Below are positions 53,391 to 64,000 of a DNA stretch of 64,000 bases, piece by piece. The position numbers and the translations under genes were made by a program. The DNA lies in the NCBI RefSeq assembly GCF_031769215.1, contig NW_026782129.1:930001-994000 (forward strand), written 5' to 3'. The DNA is from Ylistrum balloti (Eukaryota). Position 1 is the stretch's first letter. The number at the start of each line of letters is the position of its first letter. Under the pieces are notes generated by a model that saw only the letters and a list, made by a program, of their open reading frames with translations, made no database searches and was not told the DNA's origin.

Positions 53391-53612
53391 CTACGGAATC
53401 TTCGAATTATTTCAGAAGTTTCCTGTATTGAAATATTTTGTTACAGTTTACAATCGATGATCCACACTAAACTTTCAACAGAAGGTCACTGTAATCCACG
53501 GACTACGAAATCTCCAAAATATTCCAGAAATCGTCTGTACTGAAATATTTTGTTACATTATACAAACGGTGGTTAATATCAAACTCTCTACAGAAGGACA
53601 GTGTAATCCGAC
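53391..53612. repeat. Old tandem duplication, two diverged ~112-bp copies
   Basis: Shared blocks CTACG(G/A)AATCT, TGAAATATTTTGTTACA and ACAGAAGG..C.TGTAATCC. Confidence 0.7.
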
Positions 53613-55518
53613 GTGTTATATTTAACTGCTATGTATTTTCAGGATCTGGAGATGCACTAGTTTACTTGGTATTAGTAACATAAAATAATGTTACATTGTG
53701 ATAGTATATTGACGATGTTGATGAACGTTGTTCGTCATTGTGTTTTCAGTATGCTTTTGTCATATGACAGACACCGTCAAAGTTAGCCATATGGGATATC
53801 TTAGTTATTTACACCTTTTCAAACATTTTAAGTTACATTATATTGTTGGTGTTCATTCATTGCCATTGCGTCTTGTACATTGTATACATTTAACTGACTT
53901 CTATTTTATAAATAAAACAAAGCATTATTTATATTAAAACAACATACTTTTATTCATCAGTTGCTTATAAAGAGTATCAAACAACAGAAATTACTGACTG
54001 GTGCTGGCAAAGTCAAACAACAGAATGAAAAAAAAAAAAATGAACGATGATTAGCATCGACAGGTTATGCGATATTACTAATCGAAATGTATAAAATTAC
54101 GAAACGAAATAAAGGCGAAACGAAATAAAGCATAACCATCAAAATGATTGCATGTGCTGGAGCAAAAGCCCCATACCAATAAGTGATTGATTTATGAATA
54201 TGCGAACCGCCAGCAACCGAAACGGTTCGCGTGCGTAGATAGGAATGACGTCACGCCAATTATCTCCTCTTTAATGCTATACGTATCAAAGAGGAGGTTT
54301 TCAGCATCGTCATGAGGATTAGAAGGTACTGAGTGCACATGTCCCATCCAGTGCTCGTGTTCATATATTATCAAGATGTGTGATACTGTTCGCTTGATAG
54401 GAATTTTCGTTGCGAAAAAAATGATCTATATCTAGCAATTGGTTCACTACGGTGAAGGCCTGTATCATGTCAAGACTCATTGTCTGGTTCGACATATCCG
54501 GTCTAAATCGAAGAATCCGGAACTAAACATTCCTTATTATTCTACGTAAAATAATCAAAAATTACCATTAAGGTCTTAGAGATTCGCTTTAGACAGGTCA
54601 ACACTATAAACACATGAAATACATGACTGGTTCATGAACAGGAGAAAACGACTTGTCAGTTAAACTTGCAATGGATTAACCTATCTCTACCCAGATTTAT
54701 CGTTCCTTACTCGCATTTGTTTTCGTGAGTGAAAGAAAGGAACGATACTTCTTCGTAGAAGCTGATTAAAATAAATATCTTAACCAGAGGTAAACATCGT
54801 CATGATCAAACCGCTGTTCACAAAACATGCATAACAGGAAAAAATGGTAAAGAAATAAGACCATTTCATCGAAATCTACCCGAAATTTTTTAACGAAAAT
54901 CCTAAAATCACACCTTATTTGTAAAAACAATTGCCCAAAAATTTGGGTCTTCTGTCTAAATATGACAGCAAAGTAACCATTATGGAATTAATTGATCGTA
55001 TTTATACACCGAATGTCTTATTTTAGGAATCTTAATTACGAAACGAAACATTAAGATATGGCCTAAAACAAACATATGTACAAATGTTTGTTAATGAATT
55101 AGTGACTGGCACATCATACATCATTGCTATAAACCTACACTACAAATACGTCTATTTGACCCGTGTATTTTCATAATCATCGACGGAAAGTGTTGATAGA
55201 ATCGTCATCAAATTTCTGTAAGTCACTCTAACACAAAAAGGTACGCTATGCTATCAGATCAAAATAAACAACAGTTTTGACTTAACGACCATCAACATCT
55301 TAACCCGATGATAATATTGTTCAACATTTATATACATTTATATTTGAACTTTAATATCAGTCACTCTGCCATTTTCGTTGTCTTTTCACATTTCGACGAA
55401 ATGATTGTCGTTGTACATCACCTATTAAAAGGCAGCGTTAATTCAAAATTTCAGTATTGAACTCCCAACTGTTTTGCTTCGAATAACATTGCACTTTATG
55501 TGATGACAAAATGCACAT

Positions 55519-58500
55519 TTATCCCATGGCTGTGCTACACCTAATGACAGAGTTTGTGACAGAATTGCGTCCAGACATCTGTAAATTTTGCAAGGATTTT
55601 CTTAGTTCTGAAGACACACGACCTCCAGATCTTCTGCCGCCATCTTGCAATTGTGCAATCGATCCAAACATCGCGGTGTCAAGGTCACTCCTAAGACGGT
55701 CAAGTTCAAGTTGTAAGTTTTCTGTGTCATATCCGGTTTCGGTCAATGATACGTCACCGTCGTCTTCTGGAATATATATACTGGAATAGTCGGACCACTC
55801 TGCTCGAGATTTAGCATAATCTGCTCTTGATCTTGTGAAGTCGGCCTGTGACCTTGACCTCGTTTTCAGTTCCTCAACGATCTTGTCATTTACATCGTTC
55901 AGAGCATCTCGAATGGCAGCTTCTGCTTTGTTGTCACCTAGCAACAAACGCACATGGTATCAACTTAATATCAATATAATTTTTACACTAATATTCGAAC
56001 TGACATATTTGTTGTATCATACAAACAGATAAGCGTTAATAAGATAATCATTATGAAATATATGTAAAACTGAATTATAGATATTCATCAACAAACTAAT
56101 GTTGAAAAATAACAGATCAAATTAATACCGAGATTTCTTTTATAACTTTATATAACATATCTTTCCAAAATTTTTTCCCCCAAAAATCGAGTTACCACAC
56201 CTAGTGATAGAGTCAAAGGAATAACGCACTTTAGAATGCCCAGAGTTGTTTAAAATACTTAAAAGAGTGCAGTTATTTCATGACAGTAATAAAACTCTTT
56301 AATTTGCTTCATCTCATGAAAGGGGACACGTAACCATTGCTGCGTAAACATAGTGGTAAATAAAAGTGAACTGCTCAAAAAATGAAGAAAAGGACCTAAA
56401 ATAAAGTAAAAAAGACATTTACATTTGTTCTTATGGATGATACTGTCTTAATAAAATGAAGTATTAAATGCCAAAAAGATGACGAAATCACAAAAAAGAT
56501 GGTAAAATGGAACAAAAACAGTCTTAACTGATTCCTTTTGAGAACATCTCTTTTCTGCAGCAAACATTAATAGGATTTCATGTAGTGAAAGACAAAGTAA
56601 ATCGCCAGCAACAAATTCATACCAAGTACATGGGGACCGTTTTTCTACTATTGTTTAGTTTTTCACAGTGTAAGCAGAGTAATGCTGCACAGGATATCTT
56701 ACAAATATTACTTTACCTTGCATTCTAGCCTGATCCATGGCTCTTTCGAAAGTGTTAAAGGCGGCGTGGTAATGGCGTAGTTTCACTGTAGAGGAAGAAT
56801 ACAAAAAATAATTCAAATCGCAATGACATATGTTCCCAAAGCATTACGTTATGCTAAAGAACTAAAACTTTATATCACAATGAATTGTGTTCGAAAAATT
56901 ACTACAAGGTATCTAAATGTTTAACAGGTAGACACGAATCCAATCTCAATCATGATTATTCTAGCTCTTTCTGAACCAGTTTTTATCAAATATTATATCA
57001 TTTTATACACAAATGTATCTTAAATCACTATTTCTACATTTAAACAAGTAAAGATAAATCATTTATTAAACTGACATAGCAATACACTTGAATACTGGTT
57101 TACGTACCTTCCACGACCCCTAGTAGGACCGAGCTTTGAAGTTGGTAGTTCCAGTCAAGTGCTTCTTCTGCCGCCTCGACTGATCGTCGTGCCGCCTCGC
57201 GAGCGTACTCATACTGACCCAAAACCAGGAAGCAGTTTCCAATTTCGTGGTACAACCATGCGGACTCAACACGAGTGGTACACAGCTGTATCTTCCGGGA
57301 AAATCTTTGAAGGAAAGACGTTTATAATGTAATACAAAAATGAAGTTTCATTCCATAGAACTCCAGGAAAATTACAACTCCAAATGTTATGCCAGGACAT
57401 ACTATGCACACTTAGGGACCAGTTTTCTTAACAAATCTATTTATATTCATCACCAACTCTTTACCGATACGAAATGAGGTCAGTAAACCTACTCGACGAT
57501 ATGATGGAGATATTTAACATAGCCGATATGGAATAGAGTTACGTTCATCAGCAGTTGTCTACATAATGGTTTTGATGGTCATATTTACTTCCAGCTGCCT
57601 CCATTTTAAGGACCGTCTGTATACCGTTTGATTGCAACCATAATTAGAGAAAATGTCATTAATGGTGAAGAGAGTTAGTGTTTAGCTTTTGTACTTACAC
57701 ATCCAGCGCCTTCTGGTGCTTGCTTTGGAACACGTAGATTCTTCCTAGATTTCCTAGGGCACGTGATATGGCCTCCGAATCGTTACTAAACGAGAAGATG
57801 TTACATTTTTAGAATTCGCATGTTAAAATATAAATTCAACAAATAGCAGTATTTCAATACTACAAACGAACATTGCAAAATCAGTCTTCCACTTCTTTAA
57901 ATAGCATGGGCAATCCATTTAATTCACTCATCGATACCACAACAACGTATAGTTTATAAAATGATGAATACGTATAGATGTAATAAGTTGATGCTACCGG
58001 ATAAATATCATTTCTCTACATATATTCCGAGTTTCAAACTACATCACCTATCTAGTCCCCTTAATCTTTTTTTAAATAAAACTCATCCCTAGGTAAAACC
58101 CATATAAGTGTGTCTTACCGGAATGTCTTGACATACTTCATTCATGAAGAACTCGATACTACTTTCTTTGTTCTATTGTCATTTCACGGTCATGTCACTC
58201 GGACACGCCCTTTTCTAACGCCACTTTCTTTGCTTGAAATCAATATAAGTAAAAACTCTGGTGAAGTACGATGGCTTGCATTCTATTATGATGTCATACC
58301 TTTTTTCACCGATTTCGAGATCTCTTTGGTGGTATTCCAGACCAGTGACGTAATCCCTCATCTCAATGGCAGCGTTTCCTATGTATGAGTAAATCTTGGC
58401 AGTAAGCGACATCACATTTGGAATATCATCTATTGTATAGCTGTTCATTGTGTTCAAACAGCATTCGGCTTTCCTGGCGCATTCGGAATACTTTCCTTCC

Positions 58501-60991
58501 ACATAGGCTGTAAAGAAAGGTAAACCCGAATGTAAACATATAAGTATAGTTAACACTTTCACCAAACCAAATTACTTTCCTTTCTGAAACATTATTAAAT
58601 TCATACTTTTATTTCAAAAACTTTATATGTGCTTATTTGATATAGAAAGAAACAACCTCCCTATTCAAGAGTACATCGGCGGTTGGTAATCCTAAATATC
58701 ATCGTACTTACAAATACAACTTAACTTTCCTTTGTTTGTTTGTTTACAAAATGGTTCTGACACGTACCGAATTCAATATCTTCCATAACTTTATCAATGT
58801 AACAAACAATCGGTTCCTTTCTGATACGACGTCGACCCCGATTGTGCTTTGACATGTCCGTGTTTGCATTGGGAGGTTTGAGAGTATTTTGGGGGCTCTG
58901 TCGTTCTTCCATAACATCGGGACAGACGCGTCGTGCACTCCCATTTGACTTAAGGTCGAGATCGCTATGGCCCTTGTAAGTGCTAAAACTAATGTTGAGT
59001 CCAGAGTCGGAGTCGGATGACGTGTGATGTTGACTAAGGTTATCCTTGAGTGTATTATTTCGTATTTTCTTGCGTTTCAGAGTGTTTTCCTGTTTAGGTC
59101 GACGGATGACGGGTCGCTGTGAACGCTGTGGATCTACAGTGTCCCTCAAATGAACTTTCTGCCCTTCAAGGATATGAAGGAACTGTGGAGGATTGGCTTT
59201 CCGAGTATTAGCCTCAGCAGCTTTTTTCTTGTCAAGATACCTAAACCAAGATCCTGGTGGCATAGGGTCTTTTTCTTTATTTCCTTTACTTTCCTTGTAT
59301 GTCTTTGCCGATTTCTCCTTCACGGTGCTTGAATTGCTCTGGGACTTATACGTGGAAGGTCGAGTTGTTGGGGCTTCAGGAGGAATAATTCGTCCTTGCC
59401 GTACCCAGTATAGCACACGATCGTACAGAAAATTTAAGCCGGTCTCCGCCATGTTGGTGAGGTCTACGCTGCCTCGTGGCACATCTGCAATGCAAACATA
59501 CTTTCATGAAAAAAGTGTTAATTACGTTTATACTAACGTAACAAATTGTGGTCGTATCGTTTTGTTTGTTTTGCGGTTTACTGAAGTAAAAGACAACAAT
59601 CAGACGTATAATAACACACCTGTCTGTTCAATAAGTTTCTCCAGGTACTTTTTGTCGCTGTACATTTTCCCCAATACTTGTTTTATTCGTTTTTCTGTAA
59701 CGTCCTGGTCTGGGACTTCAGCTGACGTAGAAGAGGTGTGGTTTGGATGCTCATTAGAGTTTCGTCCCTGTTCGATGCGGACCAATGGATTTTGTTGTCT
59801 CTGAGGAAATGTTGGTGTTGGTGCGTCCCTTTCGACAGAGTTAGCAATTGGAGATAGCTTTGCAATATTATTTCTTTCCCGTCTTCTGATCGAATCCTTG
59901 CGATTCTGGAATCAAGTGAAAAACATAGCATTCAAAACAAATGCCGTCTTCTATATATATGATAATGATGGTTGTAACTTACGAAACTACAATGACAATG
60001 ACAATGAGTTAAGACTCCCTCTAATCATCATTTCTTTCATGCTTTATACTACTCGTTGTTGGGTAATTCATTACGTTTAAAGCCTCGATAAATTTTGATT
60101 AAATGTACATTACTAAAAATATTAATAAATGTACCCTATGCACATACAATAATCCGTCCCGTTGACGTGCCTAGATTTTGATTTTTTTTTTCATTTGTGG
60201 TAGACAATGAAATATCTTTACTGTAGTATTTCTTTAATTGGTATTAAGGCTGTTGACTAAATGCATAGAATGTATATTTGATGACTTGAACGGGTGTGTT
60301 GACTTTATCATGACGGTGTAAAAAGGGGTAACTAAACAAACAATACAGTACGATAATCACTACCACCCAAGCAATTCATTCCCATGTAGAATAATCATTT
60401 TACCTTCGAGTTGTTGACCAGCATTGTCAAATCCCCTGCTTGTGTCATCTTCCTTCGGCGACCTATTTCATAAAATCATTATTGCGTCAATGAGAAATAG
60501 CATACGGTGTGATAGGTAAAATTAACTTATTCTTTATCATATAAGCGTCGGCGTCATTTCAACCAATTTGCAATTTGGTATATTTATTATTTGGTATAAT
60601 TTATATATATTATAGTTTTACCGATTTTCGTCTTTCCAACATATGCTTCAGACGACTTTTCCTTTTTTTTGTTTGCATTATCATTTTGTCGTCAGATTTC
60701 GTTGCTGACAAAGTGAAAAGAAGAAGTGTCCTACAAGTATTTGATTCACAATTGTTACCTACCTCGCTTCTTTCAATAAATTTTAAATGTGTTTTGTTTC
60801 AGTAATTGTTGCAACAGTACTAGCAAAGCAAACTCACCGGAAGTGATACTGTTGAGAGCTTCGGTTGCCTTATTCAGCCCTTCCTGGAACTTTCGTACGT
60901 CTGGTTTCTGTCTACATACTTTACCGTAGTACACAACTGCCGATTCGTAGTTCCGCTCAAGGAATAACAATTCAGCCTTTTGAAAAAGTGC
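55519..60991 (-). CDS. TTC25: Tetratricopeptide-repeat protein 25-like (ODAD4, outer dynein arm docking complex) divergent homologue, 5'-incomplete, 731 aa reconstructed
   Basis: complement(join(55519..55937,56717..56785,57108..57304,57699..57785,58300..58507,58768..59484,59620..59905,60404..60462,60838..60991)). All introns are GT-AG and phases are consistent (2196 nt). Collinear TTC25-type motifs: LFQKAELLF..NYESAVVYY, GDL, KQVLGKMYSDKKYLEKL, YSYIGNAAIE..HQRDLEI, SRALGNLGRIY, WLYHEIGNCFL, DALNDVN. The first exon(s) were not found in the window. Confidence 0.85.
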
Positions 60992-63900
60992 CTGAAACGT
61001 ACAAAATTCTTTCTAATCTCCATTGACGAAAAGTGATGTTGCTTGATATTTGCAATACACTACATTATGTACGTATTCCAAAACAGTAGAAAGAGTTTAT
61101 ATCTAGACATAAAGGGAAAATCATTATACAATAAATAGCTCGTAACCACAAATCCAATATACAAGACCCGTTGTTTTAGTCTAGATGGACCCTCATTAGT
61201 ATTGTTGTTACCATGTATTTGGATACAACCTATTAAAATCTTTGAATGTCTAGACGTGATCATATGGTTTTACTATGTTGGTATAAACATTGCAATAAAT
61301 AACATTACAACCACAGAATATAAGTTCACTTCTGGAGATATTTGTGTAAATGTAGTTTTCTTTTTCATTAGTTTGAAGGCAACTGTAATAGTCTCAAAGG
61401 TATTTCGTGACACAATATGCTATGCTACGGTAATTTTAAATGTTATATATTATTATTATTATTTTTATTTATACATGTATATTGAAAGTATAAATTACGA
61501 AAATACAAAGATAAGAGATCAATTTCCCCCTATCATTTTTGAGGAGAAAGATAAGATAAAGGCATTGTTTTTGTTTTGTTGAACACCTCCAAATTAACAA
61601 ATATAAGTCAGAAGGCAGGATTCAGTATGCCAAATGTCACAATCCGAATTGTAAAAGAGATAATGTTTTTAGTCTATACATCCTGTAAAGTCAATTTGAA
61701 ACAAATGTTTTTTGTTTTGTTTAATGGTGAACAAGAACCTTTGTTTTCAATATCACGATAAATCGTGTGGTATCTGATCATTTTATTGTAACATATCTGC
61801 GAGTTAAATGTAAAATGTCATAAAATGAAACACTATACCGAGTACAAAATAGTCAATCAATTGTTCATAAGTACGTTATACATAGGGTCCTAAATCAGGT
61901 GGCTTTTATAAATATCAGTGACATCATTTCTGCAGAATTGGCTAGACACAATATCAATATAAATACAAATACGATTGTTGCCAAAACACCGGATTTACAA
62001 TTATGTGTGCCTTTATGATATTTGGCGATTTGTCCACGGTTCAATACATTCACTTTAAAACTAATCTGATTTAAACAAAAAAAACTTTGGCAAGATGTGA
62101 ACAGTGTATTCGATGTGTCACGTATAAATTCGTGTCAAAGAAAATTTCAAAAGAAATCGTAACTTAATTAGATTAAAATTATTTGAATTTGTTTGTTTAC
62201 AGTTGGATACTAGCCCATATTTTGTGGTTACTATGTTTGCCTCGTTTTAAGTGAGGTGACGGGATTGTTCTGTGTTATGTTGCTATATAATAAATAAATA
62301 GATAAATGTAACAAAATTGTATTTGTTTTCAGTAGAATACCTCATTTGGACTTCGGTAAAAGCAATGTTATGTTACTAATTGTACGAAAAAGAAACCTAT
62401 TTTCAAAATCACGTGCACTCGCGTGTTGCTGGTAATGGACATATGAACAGCATGCCTACAATTTGGACTAAATTGGACTTGAACCCGATGACTTGTATGT
62501 GGTGATATTCGTATAATGGCTTTTTATGACGTTAAAATAAAAATAGAGAAGATACGCTTCATGTCGCGAAAAAAAGTTTTAACTCTTGGAGTTTTGAAAA
62601 TATACTCGTAGGTCTTTACTGACGGATATTGTAAATAACTATTTATTATGACACGTGTTTCAAAGTGTGTAATCATTGCACGTAAGAATGTCGATCACAA
62701 AAACTGCAGACCATCCTTCACGGTTAATTAAACTAGTAACATTATGGTGTATGGCAGATCTTTTTTTATGGTATACTTGTCTTTTGTATTATATACAAGA
62801 TATAAATTACGAGTATTTCCCTATGGTAGAATGTTCAATAACAATGTATCCGAAATCTAGTCTATATATAGTGCCCAAAAAGTCTTATTTAAATATAATG
62901 GTTATCTTTAATAGCCTTTCGTCATTTAAAAAGAAAGTGAAAACTTGTTAGATTTGGCTGTCATTGACACAATGGATACTTATTGGCACCCAAAACTGTA
63001 TGTACCACTAGACGTGTGTATCCTTAATATCTTACAAGTCAAAGATGTCTAGAGTCGAGAAAAACCACGATAATACTTTTCTTCTGTAAGATGATTATGT
63101 TGTTATTGCTGGATATTACTTTGTCCATTACAAAACTTACCGATTTAACTACCGTCCAATGTGTATCAAAAGTACTGTGACTCGGACGAAATTATAAAGA
63201 GAGAGTATAATAATTTGTTGTTTTAACCTCAGATTGGAAAATTTCACCTTTGAAAATTTTATTTTATTTTATTTTATTGACGGAACTACGTTGCATACCA
63301 TCCTTAATGTTTAAAAAGTTTCAAACTCAGATAATGATGAATTAATTATCAATATATCAATATATGATTAATCTCAGGTATTTACTAATAAAGCTGTTTC
63401 AGCATAAACAGGATATTATTTCACCAGGGAATTTGATTAATGAAACTGCATTGCATACAATTCTAAATGTTTTAAAATATTTAGACATTGTCTGAAATTT
63501 CTTACATAATGATAAAACAGTAACTAATTAATGAATATATCATCAATCTCATATCTTAATAAAAAGAAGCGGTTATATAGCAATAACGACCATGCCATAA
63601 CAATGTATAAGTAATATATTTGGGGAGTTGGTGTTGTTTAAATACTATAAACAATACCCTGATTCTATCGCCGATTTAGATTGTCAGTGATATCCCCAGT
63701 ATGAATCTACTTGATCTCCCGACCGATCAACTCCACCAATGACAGAGGGATCACTAGTTATCATGTTGACGATCTCAACAGAGACACAGAAGCCCCCTAG
63801 ACGTCAAATGTTTCTTAATGCATACATTATGTTTTTTTCTTATTTATTTATTAGCTTCATTTAGTACTGGAGGTTTGCAGATATCAACTTTAACAACCGA

Positions 63901-64000
63901 TTAACAATGAGTCTTTTCTTCTGTTTATTGTGGGAAATGCATTTAAACGTAAGAACTTGAACATAAATCTCAAGTAAAAAAGTATTTACATAAACGAATG

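Noticed and set aside
58721-58767. C-terminal end of the 253-aa ORF as a stand-alone gene
   Set aside because: A donor at 58767 (G|GTACGT) splices in frame to the next TTC25-like exon, so the tail is intronic read-through.
59193-59804. 203-aa plus-strand ORF
   Set aside because: It is the antisense shadow of TTC25-like exons and has no recognisable domain.
6690-60991. Functional linkage of the Kv subunit, the 8-TM cluster and the ciliary TTC25-like gene as one sensory-cilium system
   Set aside because: Neighbourhood in an animal genome is weak evidence, and no shared regulatory motif was seen between these three loci.

Overview
AT-rich, intron-containing animal genomic DNA, probably a bivalve mollusc (inferred from the repeat types). 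Seven protein-coding genes were reconstructed by hand with GT-AG junctions and frame-consistent exon phases. (1) A compact two-exon, divergent Shaw/Kv3-like potassium-channel subunit (6690-8543, +). It has an intact TVGYG filter, a PIA gate instead of PVP and a charge-poor S4, and it lies between two inverted copies of a ~400-bp sequence. (2) A cluster of five intact paralogues of an uncharacterised ~8-TM protein with a TspO/MBR-like N-terminal half (20058-49579; one on +, four on -). All share the same exon/intron plan. Three of them keep an identical CACGTT-N6-AACGTG tandem E'-box upstream, and the same three share a near-identical central coding block. (3) A 5'-incomplete, nine-exon TTC25/ODAD4-like TPR gene (60991-55519, -) with a large basic insertion. 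Non-coding DNA contains five decayed copies of a minimal type I hammerhead-ribozyme repeat, two of them 322 nt apart as in a retrozyme. It also holds a B-A-B split-direct-repeat retroelement end, a Helentron-type HINE, several MITEs and fold-backs, a tRNA-derived SINE remnant and six unrelated minisatellites (17, 30, 35, 42, 68 and 103 bp). No tRNA, rRNA or CRISPR features were seen. All family assignments come from motif recognition, not from database searches.
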